This document shows positions 51,059 to 61,541 of a DNA stretch of 64,000 nucleotides, one piece after another (positions within the stretch are counted from its first letter, which is position 1; each line of letters starts with the position of its first letter). The notes under the pieces were generated by a model that saw nothing but the letters and a program-made list of their open reading frames with translations, searched no databases and was not told where the DNA came from. The stretch is from Acidimicrobiales bacterium. GTDB lineage: Bacteria; Actinomycetota; Acidimicrobiia; Acidimicrobiales; SZUA-35. The position numbers were made by a program, and so were the translations under genes. The stretch covers positions 9,593-73,592 of the forward strand of contig CBDCGP010000058.1 of the NCBI GenBank assembly GCA_965216655.1. The letters are read 5' to 3'.

Positions 51059-53151
51059 CCGAATGGGTGCTCTCGTGGAAGCCGGGCTTCTACTCGAATC
51101 TGATGGATCTCCAGAGCCGCCAACGCGACCAGGTACTGGAGAAGATTCGGATTCTGGAGTCGGATCCTCACCCGGATGGACACATGAAGAAGAAGCTGCG
51201 CCATCTCGGCGGCAAGCTTCATCGACTGCGATCCGGCGACTTCAGGGTCTTCTATACCTACGACGACACCCACGTGAGTATTCTCCGGTTGAGCAGGCGT
51301 GACGATGATACATACGACAGTGTGACCGACGGCGAGTACTTGGGTGCCGGGACGATGGAGGAACCCAATGAGATCGGCGGCCCGAATTCGACTTGGGTCA
51401 AATATCTCCATCCATCTGAAGCACCGATCACGCCTCTACCCGAGCCCATCACCGACCAGCTCTTGGTAGCTATCGGCGTTCCCGCATCACTTAGACCCCG
51501 GCTGTCGAGAATCGAGACCCAGGATGAGCTGCTCAGCTGCCCTGGCATTCCTGACGAACTTCTATTGGCAATCGATCGCCACATGTTCGAGATACCGATC
51601 GAGTTCGTCGACGACCAGCCCACGGTGACAGCCTCTGGCGGCATCGATGATCTCCTGCGGTACGCCGAGGGCGAGCTCGTCGGATTCCTGCTCAGGCTCA
51701 ATCCCGAGCAGGAGAAGTTTGTGACCTGGGCGGCCGACGCCAACGGCCCGACTCTGGTCAAGGGAGGACCGGGGACCGGCAAGTCGACCGTGGCGATCTA
51801 CCGCACCCGCGAGATGATCCGAATCCTGCGTGAATCCGGGATAGTCGAACCCCGTATTCTCTTCACCACTTACACCAGGGCGCTCATCACGTCGTCTCGA
51901 CAGCAACTGGAATCGCTGCTCGGCCACGACGCCGAAAATGTCGATGTCCGAACCGCCGACAGCCTCGTGGGTTCGGTTCTCGGAACCTGTGGGGTGAACA
52001 AGCCGAGGCCCAGCGCTTCACAGCGCGAGACGATTCGCAGCGAAGCACTCGAGTCGGTCGTCTACCCCGGCAATGCTCTCCAACAGGGAGCACAGCGTCG
52101 GACGATCGGACGCCTCGGACGTCGCTACCTGTTCGAGGAGATCGAGACGGTCATCCAGGCTCGAGGCCTCACGCGCGTCGATGACTACCTGGAAGCACCG
52201 CGACCCGGTCGACGGGTACCGCTCAACGCCGAGCAGCGCCGAGCTGTGTGGGCGGTCGCCGACGCGTACGCCTGTGCGCTCGAACGGAATGGCATGCAAA
52301 CCTGGCAACAGTCTCGAGCCGTGGCGGCCGCCCTCGCTGCCTCCGAGGAGCAAGGATTACCCACCTACGATGCCGTCATCGTCGACGAAGCCCAGGACCT
52401 CGATGCCAGTGCGCTCCGCCTGCTCGTCGAGGTGTGCGCAGAATCGAACCGGTTGTTCATCACCGCTGACGCCAACCAGTCGATCCACGCCGCCGGCTTC
52501 AGTTGGTCGGCCGTCCACAAGGACCTGAAGTTCGTCGGCCGAACCGGGATCCTTCGGGCCAACCACCGCTCCACCAAGGAGATCACCGAAGCCGCACGCG
52601 ACTACCTCGCCTGCGGCGTACCCGAGGAACTCGCACCCGACGAACAGACCTACGTCCATCGCGGCGCACAACCTGCGGTGCGATCGACAGCCGACGAGGA
52701 ATCCGAGGCCGACCTCCTCGCCCGCTACCTCAAGGGAGCGACCAAGGATCAGCGTCTGACGATCGGTTCCGGCGCCGTCCTCGTACCCGATCAGTATGTT
52801 GGCAATCGACTCGTCGAAGCGCTCGAGACTCGGGAGATCCCGGCCGAGTACAAGAACTCGCAGAACTTCGAACTCAGCGACAACTATGTGACCGTCTTAC
52901 CGCTCACCAGTGCGAAAGGGCTCGAGTTTCCGGTCGTCGCCGTCGCCGGATTCGGTCGAGCGAACTGGCCACATACCGAAGGGCTCGACGACGAAGCCGA
53001 GACCGAGGCCATCATCAAGGCCCGACGGACGCTGTTCGTGGCCATGACCCGCGCCATGCGAGCTCTGCTCGTCGTCACACCAACCGACAATGATTCGATG
53101 TTGTTCGACGGATTCGACCCTGACCTCTGGAACACAGGAGACCAAACGTGA
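51055..53151 (+). CDS. RelE/ParE-like domain fused to a UvrD-like superfamily 1 helicase
   Basis: N-terminal KKL......RLR.GDFRV.Y (RelE fold); GGPGTGKST, IVDEAQD, D.NQSI, L.ANHRST.EI, SAKGLEF, LFVAMTRA. Confidence 0.85.
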   Translation: MTEWVLSWKPGFYSNLMDLQSRQRDQVLEKIRILESDPHPDGHMKKKLRHLGGKLHRLRSGDFRVFYTYDDTHVSILRLSRRDDDTYDSVTDGEYLGAGTMEEPNEIGGPNSTWVKYLHPSEAPITPLPEPITDQLLVAIGVPASLRPRLSRIETQDELLSCPGIPDELLLAIDRHMFEIPIEFVDDQPTVTASGGIDDLLRYAEGELVGFLLRLNPEQEKFVTWAADANGPTLVKGGPGTGKSTVAIYRTREMIRILRESGIVEPRILFTTYTRALITSSRQQLESLLGHDAENVDVRTADSLVGSVLGTCGVNKPRPSASQRETIRSEALESVVYPGNALQQGAQRRTIGRLGRRYLFEEIETVIQARGLTRVDDYLEAPRPGRRVPLNAEQRRAVWAVADAYACALERNGMQTWQQSRAVAAALAASEEQGLPTYDAVIVDEAQDLDASALRLLVEVCAESNRLFITADANQSIHAAGFSWSAVHKDLKFVGRTGILRANHRSTKEITEAARDYLACGVPEELAPDEQTYVHRGAQPAVRSTADEESEADLLARYLKGATKDQRLTIGSGAVLVPDQYVGNRLVEALETREIPAEYKNSQNFELSDNYVTVLPLTSAKGLEFPVVAVAGFGRANWPHTEGLDDEAETEAIIKARRTLFVAMTRAMRALLVVTPTDNDSMLFDGFDPDLWNTGDQT

Positions 53152-55003
53152 CTGCCGGCTTTTCCAGCAACCCGGAAAACTCTTGAAGAAACTGCTCGAC
53201 GGCATCGAGGACGGCGCAATCGCGCTCCCAGAGTTCCAGCGTGATTGGCGGTGGGACGAGGATCGAATCGTCAGCCTCCTCGCCTCCATCGCTCAGGGAT
53301 TCCCGATCGGCACCGTGATGACCCTCGAAACCGGAGGCGAAATCCGATTCAAGATGCGCCCGATAGCCGGCGCTCCAGCTTTCGGGGCAGGCCACGAGCC
53401 CTCCCTTCTCGTGCTCGACGGGCAACAGCGTCTCACCTCCCTCTACCAGGTGCTCCGGTCGGGTCACATCGTCTCGACGGCCGACAAACGTAAGAAGCCC
53501 ATTCGACGGTGGTTCTATATCGACCTGGAACGTGCTGTCGAACCGGATGTCGACTTCGAGGAGATCATCGTCACGGTCGACGACACCAAGAAGCGAACCG
53601 CTTTCGATCGAACGATCGAGATCGACGTCTCGACTCCGGAGGCGGAATGGACCTCGCGCCTGTTCCCTCTCGCTCTGTTCTACGACGTCGCCGCTCTCAA
53701 TGCCTGGCAGGCCGGATTCATGGAACACGGCGACGCTTCCGAGATGTCTGAAAGGGTGATGCTCTGGAACCAGTTCCAGACCAACATCCTGCAGGTCTTC
53801 CAGCTCTACCAACTGCCGGTGATCGAGCTGGGCAAAGGGACCAGTCGAGAAGCGGTCTGTCTCGTCTTCGAGAAAGTGAACACGGGAGGTGTTCCGCTCG
53901 ACGTGTTCGAACTGGTCACCGCGTCGTTCGCCGCGGACGAGTTCGACCTGCGAGCCGACTGGAAGAAGCGCAAGGAGTCGTTCGCTGAGAACCCCTATCT
54001 CGCCGGTATTCTCGGCGCCGTCGAGAACACCGACTTCCTCCAAGCCATCAGCCTGGTCACGACGTACAACGCTCGACTCGAGCGCCACCGAGCCGGTGTC
54101 GAGGGAGAGCGACTGCCTGCCGTGAGCTGCAAACGGAAGGACATCCTCCGGCTCGACAACGACCACTATGCAGCACACGCTGATGCCGTCGCCGCCGGCT
54201 TCGTCGAAGCAGCACAGCTCCTCCATCAGCAGCACCTGTTCACCGCCCGTGATCTTCCCTATCGAACTCAATTGGTTCCCATGGCCGCCGTGTTCGCCCT
54301 CCTGGGCAAGGAGGCCAAGACCGATGCCGCTCGACAGAAGATCGCTCGGTGGTATTGGTGCGGTGTGTTCGGCGAACTCTACGGAGGCGCCATCGAAACA
54401 CGATTCGCGCGCGACGTGCAGGAGCTCGTCGAGTGGGTCCGAGGATCCGGTATCGAGCCGAAGACCATCGGGGACTCGAATTTCGCCGCCAGCCGCTTGC
54501 TGACCCTCCGAACTCGGAACAGCGCCGCCTACAAGGGTCTGCACGCTCTGTTGATGCATGACGGCTGCCTGGATCTCCTCGAAGGCAAGACGATCGACAT
54601 CCAGACCTACACCGACTCGTCGATCGACATCCATCACCTCTTCCCCAAGAAGTGGTGTCGAGCGGAAGGCATCGGGTCTGACCGCTTCGACTCGATCATC
54701 AACAAGACCGCACTCTCGGCCAGAACCAACCGAATCATCGGCGGTAACGCTCCCAGCCAATACCTGGCGGCCCTGGAGGATCGTGCCGATATCGCCGAGG
54801 GTCGGATGAACGATCTGATCGCTACGCATGCCATCGATCCGAAGCTGATCCGAGCAGACGACTTCGAGACGTTCTTCACGGCCAGGGCACGAGAGCTGGT
54901 CGATCGAATCGAACGAGCGACAGGCAGGACCGTGACCCGGGACATCGATGAGCTGGAGGAAGCGGTGGATCTGGTCGACTACGAGGCCGAGGCTGCGGCG
55001 TGA
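53148..55003 (+). CDS. GmrSD-like DUF262 (ParB-like) protein with C-terminal HNH-like domain
   Basis: LPEFQR..W, LVLDGQQRLTSL, VFEKVN.GG..L..F, DIHHLFPK..N. The probable GTG start at 53148 (GTGA overlap) needs a frameshift near 53176. Confidence 0.85.
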
Positions 55004-58000
55004 CCGAGGTACTGCGACTTCCTCCGACGGTCGATGCGTCGACGATCGACGTCGAGGATCTCGTGCGACGGGTCGAATCGCTGGATGTCGTCTTGGACTG
55101 GGTCGACGTCACCGACGTCGATCAAGAGGCGCTGGCGCGATTGTTGGGTCCGTTCCTCGACCGGATCGATCGGTTCGAGGATGCGCTCGGTATCATGACC
55201 ATGCGACCGGAGATCGAACCTGACGTGAATGCCGTGGTCGGAGTCACTCCCCCGGACACCGAAGTGCCGGTGACCAGTGTTGCGGCTCGCCCGTCCGGCC
55301 GACCTGGCCTGCCTGACATGGATCTCAGGTCGGAAGCCGGCGTTCGGGATGCGTTCGCCGAACTCATCGGACTCGACTTGCTGGGACCAGCGGGAGGAGC
55401 CGAAGAAGAACTGCTCCACGATCCGCCTCGCATCCGCTATGTGGTGGGAACCCTGGCTCCACGGCGTCCATTCAGCATGCCGGTTCAGATGACGTTGGAC
55501 GACAGTCTCGAGGGCGCTGGTGCCAACTCCGCCGACGAAGGAGCGACCGATTCGTCAGTCGCTGCGTCGACCACGCTCTTCTCCTCGTCGATCGGCATGA
55601 CATTCGTGGTCGCGGCCGGTGTGAACCGTTTACGGGTCGCTGCCCGTTGGGGACGCTACCTCCGGGTCCAGAGTCGGCTCCACGTCACCGAAGCCGGTGC
55701 TCCGAGGATGGTCTGGCGCCGTGTTCCGTCGGGGGGTGAGTTCGACCTCGACCTCGATCAGCCACCGACAGAGCCGATCACACCAGACGGCGACCAATCA
55801 GACGTCTGGGTGAGGGCCGTCGTGCGACGGCCAGATGGCGACGGCACTCGAATCGTCACCTTGTTCCTCGTCAACGATCAGCAAGAGGAACGGCCGGGAC
55901 CGGATCGGTTCTGGGTGTTCCAACCGGAGATCGACGTCCGCTCGCCCGATCAGGAGGCAGCCGTCTTCGTTCGGCGGGATCACCTGTACGATCTCGACCC
56001 ATCAGCCGCCGACAACGAAGCGGAGGAGCGGGCCATCCTCGAGATGGTTCACCGCAAGCAGGCCGAGTTCGCAATCGGCCATGGTGTCGCGGTACATGCG
56101 ACTCCCGCAGGAAACCCGTGGGTGGACGACGGGTGGGAACGAGCAACCGCAATCCGCACGGCGGTACTTCCCAGCGCCGACGTGCCGGTCACCGAGACCC
56201 CTTCGAACGACGAGCTGCAAAAACGTTTCCCGGGTTTCGAGGGCTTCGAACTCGACATGGCCACCCTGGCGACGATGCCGGCCGATCAACTCGTCGACGT
56301 GCTGCGCCGAGTGCCGGATACGTATTCCCGATGGATCGACGAACAGGCCGAGCGCGCAACGTCGGATCCGAGTCTGGACGGTCACCGGGAGGCTGCGCGG
56401 CGGGCCCTCGAGAACACAGAGCTCGCCTGTCAACGACTGGCTGCAGGTGTCGATCTGCTGGCTGAGAACGACCTGGCCCTCGAGGCGTTTCGATTCGCCA
56501 ACGAGGCGATGCGGGTACAGCGACTACGCAGCGTTTACGCCCAGCGTCGGCGGCGAGGCGAGCGGGATCTCTCGTTCGACGACGTCGCCGGTTCGACCAG
56601 CGCTGAGTGGCGAGCGTTCCAGTTGGCGTTCCTGCTACTGAACGTCGAGACGATCGCCGATCTCGAGAGCGACAGTCGAAACGAACCGGTCGGGGCTTGG
56701 GCCGATCTCTTATGGTTCCCCACCGGCGGCGGAAAGACCGAGGCATACCTCGGCGTGGCAGCGTTCACTGTTGCCCTCCGTCGGCTCCAAGGTGAGCTCA
56801 GTGGCTACGGTGGCTTCGCCGGGGTCAGTGTGATCATGCGCTACACCCTTCGCCTTCTGACGCTCCAGCAGTTCCAACGGGCCGCAACGCTCGTCTGCGC
56901 CATGGAACAGATCCGTCTGCGTGACCAGGCCAAATGGGGCGACGAACCGTTCCGGATCGGGCTGTGGGTCGGAGGAGCCTCCACTCCCAACTCGATCTCC
57001 GAGGCGAGCAGGTGGGTCAACGCCAACAAAGGCAAGCACGACTTCCACGCCGGCGAGGGCGCATCGAGTCCGCTCCAGCTCACCAACTGCCCCTGGTGCG
57101 GACAACCTCTCGGTGCTGACAACGTTCGGGTCGAAACCTACAGCAGTGGAACAGGCCGAACCTACGTGCACTGTCGAAACCGAACCTGTGACTTCACCCG
57201 GCGGCAGAACCCCGAGGGCATCCCCGTTCTGACCGTCGACGAAGAGATCTACCGCCTCCTTCCCACCTTTCTCCTGGCAACAGTCGACAAGTTCGCTCAG
57301 ATGCCATGGCGGGGAGAGACCCAGGCGCTGTTCGGTCGGGTGACAACCCGTTGTGAACGGCATGGCTGGCTCGGAACCGAATCGGAGTGCCAGGGGAACC
57401 ACAACCGACGAGGGTCACTTCCGGCTTCGTCGCCCGTGGACGGACCGTCGAATGGTTTACGACCACCTGATCTGATCATCCAAGACGAGCTCCACCTCAT
57501 ATCAGGACCCTTGGGCACGATGGTCGGACTCTACGAGACCGCCGTCGATCAGCTCAGCAACTGGGAACACAACGGCTCGGCGATCAGGCCGAAGGTGATT
57601 GCGTCGACAGCCACGACCCGCAGGGCGCTCGAACAGATCCACAACCTCTACTCACGTCGCGTTGCGGTGTTTCCTCCACCCGGCCTGAACGCCAGCGACA
57701 ACTTCTTCGCCGTGCAACGTCCTCCGTCTGTCGAGCCTGGTCGACGCTATCTGGGCGTCTGCGCGCCGGGGCGCTCACGTCCCGCTGTGCTCATCCGTGT
57801 CTACGTTGCCGTCCTGACTGCATCCAAGTGGCTCTTCGACAATCTCGACGACGAACACGCTCACCTCGCCGATCCGTACATGACACTCATCGGCTACTTC
57901 AACAGCCTTCGAGAACTCGGCGGCATGCGTCGATTGGTGGACGACGATGTCATGACCCGGGCCTTTCGAATCGAACGCGACGACCGTCCAGGTTTGGCCC

Positions 58001-58866
58001 AGCGAAACATGAACGAATCTGGCATCGAGGAGTTGACGTCACGCCTTCGATCTTCGAAGATCCCGGTCGTGCTCGACCGGCTCGAAGTCCCCTTCCGTCG
58101 AACGCCCGACGAACCGGCGAGCGGAGACAAGCGGCCCACCCGGCCACTCGATGCCGTGCTCGCCACCAACATGGTGTCGGTCGGCGTGGACGTCGACCGG
58201 TTGGGTGTCATGGTCGTGTCCGGACAGCCGAAGGCGACCGCCGAGTACATCCAGGCCACCAGCCGTGTCGGCCGTCGGCATCCCGGCCTGGTGGTCACCG
58301 TGCTCAACTGGGCGCGGCCCCGAGATCTGAGCCATTACGAACAGTTCGAGCAGTACCACGCTGTCTTCTACCGCTACGTGGAAGCGCTCTCCGTGACTCC
58401 GTTCGCCCCTCGAGCGCTGAATCGTGGCCTCACCGGCGTGCTGGCATCGATGGTTCGTCTCGACTCCGCTGAGTTCAATCCGAACGCCGCAGCGGAGAAG
58501 GTCAAGGGAGCTCACCAGTTCGAACGCATTATGGATGAGATCTCCGCTCGGGCACAGAACGTGACCTACCCGGACGAGGAGCATCACGACGTCGGCGTTC
58601 GAGTTCGCAAGGCATTGACCGAACGTCTCGACCGTTGGGCGGGTGAAGCCGCTGAGCCCGACCGAAAGCTCGGCTACCGCCGACCGAGACAGCGAGACGA
58701 TGCGACGGTCGAGCTGCTGAAGAATCCCGGCAACGAGCCATGGGAGATGTTCACGACCCCGACGTCGATGCGTGAGGTGGAGCCCGGTGTCGGACTGATC
58801 ATGCGACGGCCGGATCGTGAGAGCCTGCCCGGTTGGGAGTTCGGCGCACCAGAGGACGACGAATGA
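55000..58866 (+). CDS. drmA: DISARM helicase
   Basis: DLLGP.GG, Y..G.LAP, WR.FQLAF.L, LWFPTGGGKTEAY, RYTLRLLT.QQFQRA, PPDLIIQDELHL, STAT, ATNM.SVGVD, EYIQATSRVGR, SMREVE. Confidence 0.92.
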   Translation: MTEVLRLPPTVDASTIDVEDLVRRVESLDVVLDWVDVTDVDQEALARLLGPFLDRIDRFEDALGIMTMRPEIEPDVNAVVGVTPPDTEVPVTSVAARPSGRPGLPDMDLRSEAGVRDAFAELIGLDLLGPAGGAEEELLHDPPRIRYVVGTLAPRRPFSMPVQMTLDDSLEGAGANSADEGATDSSVAASTTLFSSSIGMTFVVAAGVNRLRVAARWGRYLRVQSRLHVTEAGAPRMVWRRVPSGGEFDLDLDQPPTEPITPDGDQSDVWVRAVVRRPDGDGTRIVTLFLVNDQQEERPGPDRFWVFQPEIDVRSPDQEAAVFVRRDHLYDLDPSAADNEAEERAILEMVHRKQAEFAIGHGVAVHATPAGNPWVDDGWERATAIRTAVLPSADVPVTETPSNDELQKRFPGFEGFELDMATLATMPADQLVDVLRRVPDTYSRWIDEQAERATSDPSLDGHREAARRALENTELACQRLAAGVDLLAENDLALEAFRFANEAMRVQRLRSVYAQRRRRGERDLSFDDVAGSTSAEWRAFQLAFLLLNVETIADLESDSRNEPVGAWADLLWFPTGGGKTEAYLGVAAFTVALRRLQGELSGYGGFAGVSVIMRYTLRLLTLQQFQRAATLVCAMEQIRLRDQAKWGDEPFRIGLWVGGASTPNSISEASRWVNANKGKHDFHAGEGASSPLQLTNCPWCGQPLGADNVRVETYSSGTGRTYVHCRNRTCDFTRRQNPEGIPVLTVDEEIYRLLPTFLLATVDKFAQMPWRGETQALFGRVTTRCERHGWLGTESECQGNHNRRGSLPASSPVDGPSNGLRPPDLIIQDELHLISGPLGTMVGLYETAVDQLSNWEHNGSAIRPKVIASTATTRRALEQIHNLYSRRVAVFPPPGLNASDNFFAVQRPPSVEPGRRYLGVCAPGRSRPAVLIRVYVAVLTASKWLFDNLDDEHAHLADPYMTLIGYFNSLRELGGMRRLVDDDVMTRAFRIERDDRPGLAQRNMNESGIEELTSRLRSSKIPVVLDRLEVPFRRTPDEPASGDKRPTRPLDAVLATNMVSVGVDVDRLGVMVVSGQPKATAEYIQATSRVGRRHPGLVVTVLNWARPRDLSHYEQFEQYHAVFYRYVEALSVTPFAPRALNRGLTGVLASMVRLDSAEFNPNAAAEKVKGAHQFERIMDEISARAQNVTYPDEEHHDVGVRVRKALTERLDRWAGEAAEPDRKLGYRRPRQRDDATVELLKNPGNEPWEMFTTPTSMREVEPGVGLIMRRPDRESLPGWEFGAPEDDE

Positions 58867-60785
58867 GTACGACGCACACAACACGGGTCGGATCGATGCG
58901 GCCCAGCCAGCTGATGTGGTCCTACGGCATCGGCGCCATGATCGACCTGCCTCGTCTGTCGGTCATGGTCGAAGGTCTGGAGCAATGGAATCTGGACGAA
59001 GCCCGTCTCATCTCCGAGGAGCGCCTGCTGGCAGCTGTCCGACGAGTCCTGGGTCCGCAGGTGGCCGAACTCCGAGAGCCACCGCTTCCCGAGGGTGAGA
59101 CGTTCGACCTCGATGCAACCGATCCTGCTCTTCGAATAGGTGTTCCAGTGGGGGTGTTCCCTCGGTGGCTCCGGTGCCCACGTTGTGGGCTGTTGACGCG
59201 TGCCGAGACCGAAGTATTCAGTTTCAAGCCCGAACCGTGGCGGCCAGACGAATCACGTTTCGTGCACGACAGGTGCTCAAAGCGAAAGAACGGCCCGCCG
59301 CCTTCTTGCGTTCCCGCTCGCTTCCTCGTCGCCTGCGCTGCCGGCCATCTCGACGATTTCCCATGGCACGAGTTCGTCCATCGGGGACCCAGCACCTGCG
59401 ACGGAACACTGAGGTTCTACGAAGTGGGATCGTCGCTCGAGACCGCCAATCTGTTCGTCGCCTGCGACAACGGACAAGGTTTTCCGTCAACGGATGCCGA
59501 CGACGTCCATCACGGGACCGATTCGGGGTGTGGGATGCGACCGCGGTCTCTCGTGGAGGCATTCGGCAAGTCGCGTGAGACCTCGCTGCCGAAATGCAGA
59601 GGGCGGCACCCTCATCTCCGTCACGCCACCGGTCGCTGCGATCAGCAGCTCGAAGCCATCCTGCTCGGATCATCGAGTTCGTGGTTCCCGAAGGCGGTGT
59701 CGGCGATCTCGATACCGACTGCAGCCACAGAACTCGGCCAGATCGTCGAAGACAATTGGGCCATGTTCTCGAAGATCGATTCGATCGACGAAGTCGCAGT
59801 GATGAGAAAGTTCGAGCAGCTACGCGCCGCAGCCAAGTTCGGAGACGAGGAGATCTGGGCCGCGATCAGCTCGCAGCGCGACACCGACCCAGGCGACATC
59901 GAAGACGACGACATCCGTCTGCCGGAGTGGAACGTATTGTCTGATCCGGCGGCGGCTCCTGCCGGCGACGACTTCATGGTGACGATGGGAGACGTGCCGC
60001 TCGACCTCGAAGCCTGGTTCCAGCCGACGATTCTCGTGGAGAAAATTCGCGAGGTCAACGCCCTCGTCGGGTTCACACGGCTCGAAGCACCGGAGGAGAT
60101 CGCCCGTGGCGGACGAGATCTCTCGTTCGCCCCCCTTTCTATCGATCCGCCACGGTGGGTGCCGGCGAACGAGGTTCGAGGCGAGGGGATCCTGGTCCGG
60201 TTGCAGCCTGAGGCCGTTGCGAGGTGGGAGAGCCGCCTCGATGTTGGTGAACACCTGAGATCACTCATCGACGCAAACACTGCCTGGAGACGGGCCCGAC
60301 GATTCCCGGACGTGGACGTCGGCTATCCCGGACACCGGTACGTGCTTCTCCACTCGTTCGCACATCTCCTCATGCGAGAGCTGGCGTTGGAATGCGGATA
60401 CTCGTCGGCATCGATTCGGGAGCGAATCTACGCCAGCCCATCGGACGAGGGCGACATGTGCGGGGTGCTCATCTACACCGCTGCGCCTGACTCGGAGGGA
60501 ACACTCGGTGGTCTGGTCCGCCTGGGCGAAGCTCGGATGCTCGGGCATCTGATTCGTCAGGCGGTTCGACACGCTCAGCTCTGTGCCGCAGATCCGCTCT
60601 GCAGCGAACACGATCCCGTCCCCGATCGGGTCTTGCATGCTGCCGCCTGCCATGCATGTACGTTCGCTCCCGAGACGGCCTGTGAGTGCGGCAACCGTTT
60701 CCTGGACAGGGCCGTGGCCGTGCCGACCGTCAGCTCTCCGGCAGTTTCGTTTTTCGAGGGCCTCGGAAATGCCGAACAGCGGTGA
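58863..60785 (+). CDS. drmB: DISARM DUF1998 protein
   Basis: G.MRPSQL...YG.GA..DLP, FP.WLRC, PARF..AC..GHLDDFPW, EVRGEGI, HSFAH.L.R.L..ECGY, ACHAC....ET.CE.GN..LDR. Confidence 0.92.
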   Translation: MSTTHTTRVGSMRPSQLMWSYGIGAMIDLPRLSVMVEGLEQWNLDEARLISEERLLAAVRRVLGPQVAELREPPLPEGETFDLDATDPALRIGVPVGVFPRWLRCPRCGLLTRAETEVFSFKPEPWRPDESRFVHDRCSKRKNGPPPSCVPARFLVACAAGHLDDFPWHEFVHRGPSTCDGTLRFYEVGSSLETANLFVACDNGQGFPSTDADDVHHGTDSGCGMRPRSLVEAFGKSRETSLPKCRGRHPHLRHATGRCDQQLEAILLGSSSSWFPKAVSAISIPTAATELGQIVEDNWAMFSKIDSIDEVAVMRKFEQLRAAAKFGDEEIWAAISSQRDTDPGDIEDDDIRLPEWNVLSDPAAAPAGDDFMVTMGDVPLDLEAWFQPTILVEKIREVNALVGFTRLEAPEEIARGGRDLSFAPLSIDPPRWVPANEVRGEGILVRLQPEAVARWESRLDVGEHLRSLIDANTAWRRARRFPDVDVGYPGHRYVLLHSFAHLLMRELALECGYSSASIRERIYASPSDEGDMCGVLIYTAAPDSEGTLGGLVRLGEARMLGHLIRQAVRHAQLCAADPLCSEHDPVPDRVLHAAACHACTFAPETACECGNRFLDRAVAVPTVSSPAVSFFEGLGNAEQR

Positions 60786-61529
60786 GCGCCAGCTGATCGA
60801 GTTGGCGGCGGCAGTGGCGTGTGAACTGTCGGAGGGACAAGCCCGGGCGTTGGCGGTCGAAGTGGAGCGGCTCTCGACTCCACGGGTTCTCCGCCGGGTC
60901 GCGGGCATGACGGCTCCGACGAGCGTTGTAGACCTGACTGAACAGTGGGTGTCGGGTGAGGCGCTGAGCCCTCAGACACTTGCGACAGCCATCAGGTGTG
61001 CATCGCGAGCGGTCAAGGCGACCAGTTCCTACGAAAAGGTCGAACTCCTCTACACCGGGCCCGAGTCGGACATCCGTCGGAACGTTCACGGTCTTCTGGA
61101 TGTCATCCGGTCGGCCAAGGAGCGGTTGTGGATCGTGAGCTACGTGGTCGTCGGGGTCGACGAGGTTCTTCGCTCACTCGAGGAGCGGGCATCGAGCGGA
61201 GTCGAGGTGAACATACTTCTGGATCACGTCCCGGACGGGTTCACTCGAACGAGGGCTGATCTCGTCCGTCATGCAAATTCCTGCCGATTGTTCGTCTGGC
61301 CAGACGAACACCGTCTAGTCCCGACAAGATGCGGAAAGCGAGCCTTCATGCGAAATGTGCCGTCGCCGACGGGCGAATTGCATTCATCAGTAGTGCCAAC
61401 TTGACCGGCTACGCGATGGAACACAACATCGAGATCGGTTGCGTCGTGAGTGGAGGAACGACACCCCGAAACTTGATGACAAAGTTCGACTCGCTGCTGG
61501 AGAACGGCATGCTCGTCGCCGAAGACTGA
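60769..61529 (+). CDS. drmC: DISARM phospholipase D-family nuclease, frameshift near 61330
   Basis: ELLYTGP, I.SA...L.IVSY, then HKD motif LHAKCAVAD and SSANLT..AM..N.E.G in the next frame. Confidence 0.85.
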
Positions 61530-61541
61530 ATCGAGAACGTA

